Notes under the pieces: generated by a model
What the model was told of the DNA's origin: nothing
The model's database searches: none
The model's input: only the letters and a program-made list of their open reading frames with translations
Sequence record: NC_070873.1
Strand: one strand, 5' to 3'
DNA: 64,000 bases
From: Escherichia phage St11Ph5
Program-made: the position numbers and the translations under genes
Shown here: positions 8,568-17,069 of the stretch, in pieces
Position numbering within the stretch: position 1 is the stretch's first letter
Layout of the letters: each line of letters starts with the position of its first letter

Positions 8568-9401
8568 ATGCCAACTTTGAAAGTAGGTTTTAACAAAACC
8601 ACTAATGTCGCAACTGTACTGGATGCAGGTGGTTCTATCCCGGGTGGTTCCGTAGAAATAGGTACTTTTGTACACCCGGATGCTACCTACCCTGATAGTT
8701 TAGTTATCTTTCATGGTGTTCGTGATCTGCTGTATAAATGCTCTGCTAAAAACCCTGCTGAAGAGGGTTTCTGGCCTAACAACATTGTGGATATGCAGTC
8801 TATCTCTATTGATATGAAAGCTACTCCACGACTGACTATTGCTACCAAACTGCCTCGTGTAGTATCTGCTATCGAAGGTGAAGACATCAACTGGCATGTT
8901 GATGTAGCAGGTGGTAAAGCACCATTTACTTATAAATGGCAATTCAAAGCTAATACTGCTGGTGCAGCATTCGCTGATATTAGCTCCAGCACTAACCCAT
9001 CCGCTGCTACTGCAACATTGACCCTTAATGATGTAACAGCTGCTTCCGCTGGTACTTATAAAGTGATTGCTACTGATGCTAATGGAACCACGGTAGAAGA
9101 TGAGTCGTTGCTGGCTGTAGGCTACTACGAAGCAAGCTCCCTGGTAGCTACTCCTGATTCACTGGCTCTGTCTGTTGCTGCTGATATTGCTGCTGGTAAG
9201 ACCGTAACAATTGTTGCTATGCCTGTTGGTTCTTCTGCTGGTACTTTGTCTATCAAGACCGCTCCAGATTCTGCTCGTGCTACGGCTACCATTGCTGGTA
9301 ATGTACTGACAGTTAAGCCAGTGGCTGCTGGTGATGCTACTTCTGTAGTAGTTACCAACGGTACTGTCGATGTAACTATCTCTGTTACTGTTGCAGAGTA
9401 A
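8568..9401 (+). CDS. Ig-like domain protein, likely capsid decoration protein (N4 gp17-like position; 277 aa)
   Basis: Ala/Thr/Val-rich repeats with Big_2/Ig-like character; sits immediately after the RNAPII genes; ATG at 8568 after GAGGA. Confidence 0.55.
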   Translation: MPTLKVGFNKTTNVATVLDAGGSIPGGSVEIGTFVHPDATYPDSLVIFHGVRDLLYKCSAKNPAEEGFWPNNIVDMQSISIDMKATPRLTIATKLPRVVSAIEGEDINWHVDVAGGKAPFTYKWQFKANTAGAAFADISSSTNPSAATATLTLNDVTAASAGTYKVIATDANGTTVEDESLLAVGYYEASSLVATPDSLALSVAADIAAGKTVTIVAMPVGSSAGTLSIKTAPDSARATATIAGNVLTVKPVAAGDATSVVVTNGTVDVTISVTVAE

Positions 9402-9423
9402 GAGTATTTCTTTTTGTGGTTAT

Positions 9424-9449
9424 AGCCCTCCTTAGCGAGGGCTTTCTTG
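9424..9449 (+). terminator. stem-loop, weak terminator
   Basis: AGCCCTC-CTTAGC-GAGGGCT followed by TTCTTG. Confidence 0.4.
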
Positions 9450-9468
9450 TATCTATAGGAGAGTAAAA

Positions 9469-9783
9469 ATGGCGCAAAAATTGCGTGTATGGCACATTCC
9501 CCAAGTGCCAATGAAGGCATTTCAAGTAGAGACTAATAGTCTTCAGGAAGCTGTTAAGATTAAGAATGCGTTAGCAGATTATGATCTATTCCAATATGAG
9601 AACAATGTCAAAGGCGATTATGCTAATGCTAACGGTATTGAGATGTGGGATGAGACTATCTCCGATCAAGAACTAGTGGAGATGGGTTTAGAAGACCGTT
9701 GGGTAGATTGGTATATTGAAACTGAAGATGGTTTCTTTGATGACCCAGAAGAGTATCTGAATTATCTAATCAAGCAAGTATGA
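9469..9783 (+). CDS. acidic hypothetical protein (104 aa)
   Basis: ORF after AGGAGAG; strongly acidic, Trp-containing. Confidence 0.55.
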   Translation: MAQKLRVWHIPQVPMKAFQVETNSLQEAVKIKNALADYDLFQYENNVKGDYANANGIEMWDETISDQELVEMGLEDRWVDWYIETEDGFFDDPEEYLNYLIKQV

Positions 9784-9832
9784 TTGCTTTATTTGGGGTT
9801 ATAAACCCTGAAATGAAACCCTCAAGTTTGAC

Positions 9833-9862
9833 CTCCCTATTAAAGGGAGGTCTTTTTTTGAC
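9833..9862 (+). terminator. intrinsic terminator (GACCTCCC ... GGGAGGTC then TTTTTTT)
   Basis: 8-bp stem plus 7 T. Confidence 0.7.
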
Positions 9863-9884
9863 TTAAACATTCTGGAGCCAGGAA

Positions 9885-10097
9885 ATGTATAAAGAGATTG
9901 CATTCTTCTCATTCTTGCTAGGTGGTTTAATAGGTGCAGGATTTGTAGCTATTTCTAATACCTACTTTGGTTCTACTCCAAATTCTGTAACACAAACCCT
10001 CAAGCATGAATGTGAATTAAATATCCCTCGTAATCAAAACTGTGTAATGCAGTTCGTACCGGAGAAAAATGAATATCCACAATCTACATTTGGTTGA
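9885..10097 (+). CDS. small membrane protein (70 aa)
   Basis: Hydrophobic N-terminal segment; GGAG upstream. Confidence 0.45.
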   Translation: MYKEIAFFSFLLGGLIGAGFVAISNTYFGSTPNSVTQTLKHECELNIPRNQNCVMQFVPEKNEYPQSTFG

Positions 10098-10329
10098 GAA
10101 ACTGTATGAAGAATACAATGACAACCGACAGCAATTAGCTAGTTTGAAGAAGTCACCACATATGGTGAAAGTATCATTCAATGGTACGGATTTAGGACCG
10201 CAAGCTCGTACAAGAATACTTCCTGAACTGCTGTCATTTTATCAAAAGAGGATTGCTGTCTTAGAAAAACGCTTTGAGCATTTATGTGTAGATTTATCAC
10301 CACTCCCAGATGAAGGGGAAGATGAGTGA
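10069..10329 (+). CDS. hypothetical protein (86 aa)
   Basis: ORF; start uncertain (overlaps upstream by 29 nt). Confidence 0.4.
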   Translation: MNIHNLHLVEKLYEEYNDNRQQLASLKKSPHMVKVSFNGTDLGPQARTRILPELLSFYQKRIAVLEKRFEHLCVDLSPLPDEGEDE

Positions 10330-10511
10330 AATTAACCCAGTCCCAAGCAATCTTCCTTCGTATGGTTCAAGGTGGCTCTGCCACCAGCAACCGTAATAAC
10401 AAAACCGCACAGTCCCTTAAGAAGCTGGGCTTAGTTCAGTTCAATGCTGGTCTTGGGTGGTCATTAACCCTTATCGGTGTACTTAAACTCAATGAAATGA
10501 AAGGTAACTAA
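10326..10511 (+). CDS. hypothetical protein (61 aa), GTG start
   Basis: Weak; GTG start overlapping previous stop. Confidence 0.3.
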   Translation: MKLTQSQAIFLRMVQGGSATSNRNNKTAQSLKKLGLVQFNAGLGWSLTLIGVLKLNEMKGN

Positions 10512-10841
10512 ATGAAAACTTTACTTAAAGGTATTGCAGTAGCTGCACTGATAGCTTTAGCTCCAAATGCACAAGCAGTTAAACCAGAACCAATTCTGGA
10601 AGGTGCTCAGGCTTATCTGGATGACACTCGTGATGCATTCGGACAAGGATTCTTCATGGGCAGTATGATCTCTTACATCGAGAACACTAATAACTGTGTT
10701 CCAGATGGTATGAAGTATTCAGACATTCTGCCTAAGATTGCCAAAGTAGTTATTTATGACTCTGCAATCCTCAAACTGAAGAATACATCTCAAATTGTCG
10801 TGTACTCCGTACACAAGGCATATCCCTGCACTAAATCTTAA
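10512..10841 (+). CDS. secreted/periplasmic protein with N-terminal signal peptide (109 aa)
   Basis: MKTLLKGIAVAALIALAPNAQA signal-peptide-like leader, AQA cleavage motif. Confidence 0.55.
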   Translation: MKTLLKGIAVAALIALAPNAQAVKPEPILEGAQAYLDDTRDAFGQGFFMGSMISYIENTNNCVPDGMKYSDILPKIAKVVIYDSAILKLKNTSQIVVYSVHKAYPCTKS

Positions 10842-10875
10842 TCAGTAATCCCATTAGCTTTAGGAGAGTAAGTAA

Positions 10876-11928
10876 ATGGCAAGCATTGACTCCTTGACTG
10901 TATGTAATTCACGTCAAGCTCGTAACTTTATTATCCGTGCTCTGAAAGCAGGTAACGTACCGTTCCTGACTTCATCACCAGGTATGGGTAAATCTGCAAT
11001 TATTCGTTCTATTGCAGAAGAATTTGGTATGAAGCTGATAGACCATCGTCTGTCTACTTCTGCTCCGGAAGACCTTTCTGGCTTACCATTCCGTAATGGC
11101 GACCGTGCAGAATTTATTCCTTTCGCTGACCTATTCCCTATTGAAGGGGATGAAGTACCGGAAGGTTATAATGGCTGGCTCCTGTTCCTTGATGAGTTCA
11201 ACTCAGCTAAGAAAGAAGTGGTAGCTGCTGCATACAAGCTGATTCTCGACCGTATGACTGGTCAGAAAAAGCTTCATCCTAATGTGATGATTGTCTGTGC
11301 TGGTAACAAAGCCACTGACCGTGCCATTGTTAACCCACTAGGTACTGCAATGCAGTCTCGTGTGGTTCACTTCGAAATGGAACTTAACTTCGACATCTTT
11401 GTTGAAGATGTAATGATTCCTCAGCAATGGGATGAACGTCTGGTTGCATTCTTACATGCTAATCCTGGTTATCTGCATGACTTCGACCCAGCACATAAGA
11501 ATAAAACATTCTGTTGCCCTCGTACCTGGGACTTTGTTAACAAAGACCTCAAGAACCTGCCAGAAGGTGCTCTGCCTGATGAAGATTCTCTTTACTACGC
11601 AGGACACGTTACTGCTGGTAAAGCTACAGAGTTTGTTCAGTTTACTCAGGTATACAATCGTATCATTACGATTGAGAAGGTGGTCAAAGACCCATTGGGC
11701 TGTGCACTACCCGATGATAACAACCTGTGTTGGGCTACCGTTAACCACCTGGCTAACAAAACTACTGAAGAAAACTTCGCTGATGTTCTTCAGTACATTG
11801 AACGCTTTAAAACGTTCACCCATAAGATTCTGTACTTCCGTACAGTAGGCAGAGCATTACCAGAACTACAGGCTACCCCTGAATGGCGTAAGGCTGCTGC
11901 TAATATCTCTCGTTACATTCACGGATAA
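10876..11928 (+). CDS. AAA+ ATPase, MoxR-like (350 aa)
   Basis: Walker A SPGMGKSA, Walker B LLFLDEFN, MoxR-like spacing. Confidence 0.8.
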   Translation: MASIDSLTVCNSRQARNFIIRALKAGNVPFLTSSPGMGKSAIIRSIAEEFGMKLIDHRLSTSAPEDLSGLPFRNGDRAEFIPFADLFPIEGDEVPEGYNGWLLFLDEFNSAKKEVVAAAYKLILDRMTGQKKLHPNVMIVCAGNKATDRAIVNPLGTAMQSRVVHFEMELNFDIFVEDVMIPQQWDERLVAFLHANPGYLHDFDPAHKNKTFCCPRTWDFVNKDLKNLPEGALPDEDSLYYAGHVTAGKATEFVQFTQVYNRIITIEKVVKDPLGCALPDDNNLCWATVNHLANKTTEENFADVLQYIERFKTFTHKILYFRTVGRALPELQATPEWRKAAANISRYIHG

Positions 11929-11935
11929 TCACAAC

Positions 11936-13111
11936 ATGAACCAATTTCCTCAGCACACACTTAGTGATGAACAACTCATGCGTGAGTATGACCGTATTCA
12001 GGCGCAGGCGTTTCTCGGACGCAGTGCTGCGTTCTTTGGTTCATTGCTGTGTAGTCTTAAGTTCTCATGGAAACGTGAGGATTGCCCCACTGCATGTACT
12101 GATGGGATAGAACTCCATTTCAACCCAGACTTCTTTATCTGGATGTGTCCAGATGCAAGAGAAACAGTATTAATGCATGAACTATGGCATGTAGCATATC
12201 TACATGACATCCGTCGTGGAAGCCGTGACCCGGAAATCTGGAACCAGGCTTGTGACCACTTCATTAACCTTCAGTTAGAAGAAGATGGTTACAAGTTCAC
12301 TGGCATTGACAAAGGCATTTGCAAAGACCCTCAATATAAAGGATGGGTCGAAGAAGACATCTACGATGACCTGATGAAGAACCCTCAGAAAAGGCAGAAG
12401 CCCTCGGGGGGTGCTGGAGCAGGTCTTGCTGGCGACATGAAATCCCCCACTTCGGGGCAGTCCCAGGGTGCTGTTGTCAACAACGTAGTACGTGCAATGC
12501 AAAGCCAGAAAATGGCTGGTGGACAGATGCCCGGTAAGGGTGCTGGTCGTATGGAAGAGGTTATTACCCAATTCCTTAAACCAGTGGTTCCCTGGCAGGA
12601 AGTTCTGATGAACTTCTTTACCGACATTGATGACACACACTATACGTGGGCCAGACCTAATCGTCGTTACACTGATATCTATCTACCTTCCCTGGAAGAT
12701 GATGAAGGACGTTTACGTCACTTAGCCTACTTTGAGGATGTGTCTGGTTCTATTAGTAGTGCTGACTCTCTGCGTTTTAACTCAGAGGTTGCCTACGTTA
12801 AGAGCCAATTCAATCCTAAGAAGATGTCCTTAATTACCTTCGACGATATTATCCAGGAAGAGATAGACATCACTGAAGAAGATACTTTTGAAGAGATTAA
12901 GATTACAGGTCGTGGTGGTACAAGCCTTGTGCCTGTACGAGATTGGATTATTAAGAATAAACCAACCGCTGCAATCATATTCTCCGATATGTATGTTCGC
13001 CCAATGGAAGAATTGCCATTTGATATCCCTATCATCTGGTGTGTTCTGAATAATCCTAATGCTACCGTACCTTTTGGGGAGGTAGTTCATATCCCTAAAG
13101 GAATGAAATAA
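11936..13111 (+). CDS. vWA-domain protein with N-terminal zincin-like HExxH domain (391 aa)
   Basis: HELWH motif, DVSGSISS MIDAS-like motif; directly downstream of the MoxR ATPase. Confidence 0.7.
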   Translation: MNQFPQHTLSDEQLMREYDRIQAQAFLGRSAAFFGSLLCSLKFSWKREDCPTACTDGIELHFNPDFFIWMCPDARETVLMHELWHVAYLHDIRRGSRDPEIWNQACDHFINLQLEEDGYKFTGIDKGICKDPQYKGWVEEDIYDDLMKNPQKRQKPSGGAGAGLAGDMKSPTSGQSQGAVVNNVVRAMQSQKMAGGQMPGKGAGRMEEVITQFLKPVVPWQEVLMNFFTDIDDTHYTWARPNRRYTDIYLPSLEDDEGRLRHLAYFEDVSGSISSADSLRFNSEVAYVKSQFNPKKMSLITFDDIIQEEIDITEEDTFEEIKITGRGGTSLVPVRDWIIKNKPTAAIIFSDMYVRPMEELPFDIPIIWCVLNNPNATVPFGEVVHIPKGMK

Positions 13112-13617
13112 TGGTTGTTAATGGTAATTCTCTATATCGTTCTTCTCAGTTGCTAGATGTCCCTGACCGTAAGATATCCGAGCATGGTGTAAGCTACGGA
13201 TTGGGTGAAGCTGGTTATGATATTCGTATCAAACAGGATATTACCTTCTATCGCTTACTTGGGTTGATTCCAATGGTGAAGGTCGTTGATGGAAATCAAG
13301 TATCACGACATTTTGGTAAGTTCACATTGGCTTCAGCAATTGAGAAGTTCAACATGTCTCCGTCCTGTGTAGCTATCGTTCACGATAAGTCTACATGGGC
13401 AAGACGTGCATTATCCGTATTTAATACAGTAATCGAACCAGGGTGGAAAGGTTGGCTTACTTTAGAGCTTGCCTACCATGGTCGTAAGAAATTGCATATC
13501 CCGGCTGGTTCTGGGATAGCTCAAGTATTATTTCATCTGGTTCAGGAACCTGCTAATTACAATGGCAAGTACATGAACCAGGAAAACAAACCAGTAGCTG
13601 CAAGAAGCAGTAAATAA
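13111..13617 (+). CDS. dCTP deaminase/dUTPase-fold protein (168 aa)
   Basis: GVSYGLGEAGYDIRI and EPGWKGWLTLEL motifs resemble dCTP deaminase. Confidence 0.55.
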   Translation: MVVNGNSLYRSSQLLDVPDRKISEHGVSYGLGEAGYDIRIKQDITFYRLLGLIPMVKVVDGNQVSRHFGKFTLASAIEKFNMSPSCVAIVHDKSTWARRALSVFNTVIEPGWKGWLTLELAYHGRKKLHIPAGSGIAQVLFHLVQEPANYNGKYMNQENKPVAARSSK

Positions 13618-13626
13618 GGAAACAAC

Positions 13627-13836
13627 ATGTCAGTATTTCAAGTAACTCATGCAACCTCAGATGTACGCTTAACCATTAATGCTGCAAATGTAATTGCAGT
13701 AGAACAGATTCCACAGTCTGACCATGCACGCGTCATATTTGTAGATAATAACTATATAGAAACCAAAGAAACCTATCGTTCAGTACGTAATTACCTGAAG
13801 AAAGCACTTGCTTCTGCAAGCAAAGACGCTGAGTAA
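13627..13836 (+). CDS. hypothetical protein (69 aa)
   Basis: ORF with start near upstream stop. Confidence 0.45.
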   Translation: MSVFQVTHATSDVRLTINAANVIAVEQIPQSDHARVIFVDNNYIETKETYRSVRNYLKKALASASKDAE

Positions 13837-13909
13837 GTAGCTGCCTAAATAGCCCAGCATTGTTGGGCTATTTGTGAAGAAACTAACTCAACCCCACATA
13901 GGAACCATC

Positions 13910-14161
13910 ATGGAATCTTTAGCAGCAATCCTTGTTATGTTGTTTGTATTAGCTGTATACCTTATCCCTACTATCATTGCTTTTGCACGAGGCCATGCCT
14001 CTAAGTGGGGCATTGGTGTGCTAAACATCGTATTAGGTTGGTCACTGGTATTCTGGGTAGTAGCACTGATTTGGGCACTGTCCAATAAAGGAACTACAAT
14101 CGTTAACGTTGGTAGTGGTAACCAGTACAACGTGTCCCAAACGAGCAGTAAAGCAGAGTAA
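13910..14161 (+). CDS. superinfection-immunity (Imm)-like membrane protein (83 aa)
   Basis: IIAFARGH ... NIVLGWSLVFWVVALIWA matches the Imm family pattern; ATG at 13910 after AGGA. Confidence 0.5.
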   Translation: MESLAAILVMLFVLAVYLIPTIIAFARGHASKWGIGVLNIVLGWSLVFWVVALIWALSNKGTTIVNVGSGNQYNVSQTSSKAE

Positions 14162-14234
14162 CTAACCGAAGTATCCCCAAGAGGGTACTTCTGGAAGTTA
14201 CTTCCAGCTCATTGCTTATCCATCTCCTAACCCA

Positions 14235-14262
14235 AGCCCACCTAACCCGTGGGCTTTTTTAT
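14235..14262 (+). terminator. intrinsic terminator (AGCCCAC ... GTGGGCT then TTTTTTATTT)
   Basis: 7-bp stem plus T-run. Confidence 0.7.
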
Positions 14263-14292
14263 TTAAAGGTACTTCTTGTGACAAGTAGACGA

Positions 14293-14656
14293 ATGGTAAG
14301 TCTATCCTACAAGGACTGGACTTCGGTAAGCTGGAACAAACTGCAATGCTTGCTTTAGGTAAAACTATCCATGACCAAGTGGAAAGTGAAATTGAAGCAG
14401 ATATTTATACAAGAATGCAGGTTCTTATTAAGAAAAATGGGTTACTACCAGATCCCTTCATTCATACATTCCCCCAGAACCTCATCTGAAATCTAAGGTA
14501 GACCGAATCATAGATAAGTTCTGGCTTAACCCATGTAAGGATGACACGCAACTTTATCTGGCTCAAATACAAAAGAATCCTCGTACTAAGGATGTATTCA
14601 AAGGCAAGAGCACTACCCATCACTACCCCTGGTATAGAAGAGGTAGTAAATACTAA
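14293..14656 (+). pseudogene. possible frameshifted gene remnant (three short consecutive reading frames)
   Basis: Three abutting short ORFs in three frames, no convincing RBS; the last ends TAATG-coupled to the next gene. Confidence 0.2.
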
Positions 14657-15099
14657 TGCGTATTCCATTCCTAAGAAAAAGAGAACGAAATCCTGTTCTT
14701 TATAATAAAGGCATAGAGGATGAGTATGAACTCAACCGTAAAGCTCGTTCCTACACAACAAAATTATTCATGGGGACTAAAAACCCTGATAGATTATTGG
14801 ACTTTGTTTTTGAACAAGTCTTTATCATATACAGCTTAGCTATGTCTGCTGGTTCACAAGAAGTGAGTGATAAGGCAAGAGATGCTCTCTGTATGCTCCG
14901 TAAAGAGTATGAAGCCCTCATGTATGAAGACTTATACTCCTTTAAAAAAGAAACCGCTGTAGCGTGTTCTGTGGCTCTTACTGAAGGTGTAGCAGTATTA
15001 CAGGAACTACCTCGTAGTGAGTTTAAGCTGGTATACGTTCAGGTTAAGAAAATCACAGAGACGAGAAGTGGTATCACCAACTATCTAAGGTCATTCTAA
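14656..15099 (+). CDS. hypothetical protein (147 aa)
   Basis: ORF, stop overlaps the ThyX-like start. Confidence 0.5.
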   Translation: MRIPFLRKRERNPVLYNKGIEDEYELNRKARSYTTKLFMGTKNPDRLLDFVFEQVFIIYSLAMSAGSQEVSDKARDALCMLRKEYEALMYEDLYSFKKETAVACSVALTEGVAVLQELPRSEFKLVYVQVKKITETRSGITNYLRSF

Positions 15100-16043
15100 T
15101 GATTAAGGCAACTGTCATTGCAGATTCCGTTCATCCAGAAACAGGAACTCGTATCACAACCTTTGAATTGGTTTACCCCCGATTCATTCACAGTGAGTTT
15201 ATGACTCACCGTGTATTTAACCGTAACGCTTCAAGCAGTCGTGCTATCCCAACTGCTAAGTTAATCGAACAGGTTCGTAATGAACCAGTGATGCCAAGTC
15301 ACTGGGGTAAGAACCAGAAAGGAATGCAGGCAAGTGAAGAACTCACTCCTATGGAGATTAAGGATGCTGAGTTCATTTGGGAAAATGCTGCCTCTGTTGC
15401 TGCTGTGTATGCTGAACAACTTCGTCGCGGACAAGTACATAAGCAGATTGTTAATCGTATTCTGGAACCATTCACGCATATCCGTGTAGTGGTAACTTCA
15501 ACTAGCTGGGCTAACTTCTATGGATTGCGTGACCACAAAGATGCACAACCAGAGATTTGTAAACTGGCTCAAGCAATGCGTAAGGCACATGAGGAAAGTA
15601 CGCCAAGGGCATTACCATATGGGCAATGGCATCTACCTTATATTGCTCATATTGACCGTGTTGGGGCTTACAATTTCTGCAAACGTAATCGAATTACACG
15701 CGATGAACCAAGTGATGCAGAAGTGCATGGACTACTTCTCAAAGTAAGTGCTGCACGTTGTGCTCGTGCCTCATATAACAATTTTGAGGGACGTCCCTCT
15801 ACTATCGAAGAAGACCTTGGCTTATTCGCTAAGTTAGTGGAAAACCAACCTATTCATGCTTCCCCAACAGAACATCAAGCTACGCCTATGAACCTTAGTG
15901 AGAAGTATGTGAATAACATGAACCCAGTTACCTGGGAACAAGGTGTTACATCCATGGATAAAGAAGGTAATCTGTACTCAGGTAACCTGCTCCACTTTAT
16001 CCAATTCCGTAAGTTAATTCCTGGTGAGACTATTACTGAATGA
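15099..16043 (+). CDS. FAD-dependent thymidylate synthase ThyX-like (314 aa)
   Basis: HRVFNRNASSSR resembles the ThyX RHR...S..R motif; WANFYGLRDHKDAQPEI resembles the ThyX W.HF..LR...AQ.EI region. Confidence 0.55.
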   Translation: MIKATVIADSVHPETGTRITTFELVYPRFIHSEFMTHRVFNRNASSSRAIPTAKLIEQVRNEPVMPSHWGKNQKGMQASEELTPMEIKDAEFIWENAASVAAVYAEQLRRGQVHKQIVNRILEPFTHIRVVVTSTSWANFYGLRDHKDAQPEICKLAQAMRKAHEESTPRALPYGQWHLPYIAHIDRVGAYNFCKRNRITRDEPSDAEVHGLLLKVSAARCARASYNNFEGRPSTIEEDLGLFAKLVENQPIHASPTEHQATPMNLSEKYVNNMNPVTWEQGVTSMDKEGNLYSGNLLHFIQFRKLIPGETITE

Positions 16044-16278
16044 AAAACTAGCTCTATATGCAATGCTAACTAGTGGCTTACTCCCATTAATTTTCGCATA
16101 CAAAGTCGCCTTTGTATTAGAAACAGATATGCAGTTCATTCGAGCCAGTATTCTGTTATTAATAAGTGAGATTGGTTTGTGGTGTCTTTATTATATTGCT
16201 CGTGACTATGAAGCAATTCGCGAGCAAGAAGAAGTGAAAAAACAAATGATACGTTTTGTAGAACAAAATCGTAAGTAA
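16024..16278 (+). CDS. small membrane protein (84 aa)
   Basis: Two hydrophobic helices. Confidence 0.45.
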   Translation: MRLLLNEKLALYAMLTSGLLPLIFAYKVAFVLETDMQFIRASILLLISEIGLWCLYYIARDYEAIREQEEVKKQMIRFVEQNRK

Positions 16279-16305
16279 ACCTAAGACCTCCTCCGGGAGG
16301 TCTTT
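16279..16305 (+). terminator. intrinsic terminator (AGACCTCC-TCCG-GGAGGTCT then TTTTTTT)
   Basis: 8-bp stem plus T-run. Confidence 0.75.
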
Positions 16306-16338
16306 TTTTGGTTTCAATTAACTCTTTTAGGAGGGCAT

Positions 16339-16551
16339 ATGCCTGCTAAATACCGTATCAAAGACACACCTGTAATGTGTGAGGGTGAGAAAGGTGACAT
16401 TGTATATGCCTGTATCCAGGATGATTTCAATGCTGCTCAAATGCTAACCCAAATGACCAATACACTGCATGTATCTGTAACACTGGACCCTACCGGTGAC
16501 TATCCATGCTTCCCTATTCCTGCCCATAACCTGGAGCAAATCCATGATTAA
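16339..16551 (+). CDS. hypothetical protein (70 aa)
   Basis: ORF after AGGAGGG. Confidence 0.45.
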   Translation: MPAKYRIKDTPVMCEGEKGDIVYACIQDDFNAAQMLTQMTNTLHVSVTLDPTGDYPCFPIPAHNLEQIHD

Positions 16552-16858
16552 TCCTGAAGTAATTCATAGTAAAACCGGTAAGGCTATCCCACTTAGTGAG
16601 ATTGCAGTTACAGGTGATATTGCTGCTTGCCCGGCAAACATTGCCTCTTTATGTATGTGCATTGCTGCATTGGCAGAGGAACGTAAGTTATGGCTGGAAC
16701 CAAGCAAAGAAATGGTACTGGCTGGTATGGCTGAACTGAATGCACTTCTGAAAGAAATGTATGACGAGAATGGTCAATTAGTTGAACCAACTGATGACCA
16801 AATATCAGACACTGTAGTATTTGTCCTTCAAGCAATGGCAGGTAAACGTAATGGCTAA
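16544..16858 (+). CDS. hypothetical protein (104 aa)
   Basis: ATG at 16544 after GGAG. Confidence 0.45.
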   Translation: MINPEVIHSKTGKAIPLSEIAVTGDIAACPANIASLCMCIAALAEERKLWLEPSKEMVLAGMAELNALLKEMYDENGQLVEPTDDQISDTVVFVLQAMAGKRNG

Positions 16859-17042
16859 TGTAAATATTGCCTCAGAGAAAACGCATAGCATTCAGATTAA
16901 TGGATTAACTGAGTATCAGGTCTTATTCCTAATGAATGCTTTTCAAAATAGTCCAGTGGGCCACCATCCTAATGATGAACCACGAGAAGAAGCTGAACTA
17001 CGTAAAGCTATTTTTGATAAGTGTAAACAAGTTCTAATGTAA
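16849..17042 (+). CDS. hypothetical protein (64 aa)
   Basis: ATG overlapping previous stop. Confidence 0.4.
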
Positions 17043-17069
17043 GCAACATTTAATCTGGAGAGTAAATAA

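Noticed and set aside
11432-11848. Plus-strand 138-aa ORF in an alternative frame inside the AAA+ ATPase gene
   Set aside because: Out-of-frame overlap with a gene carrying clear Walker motifs; translation is low-complexity.
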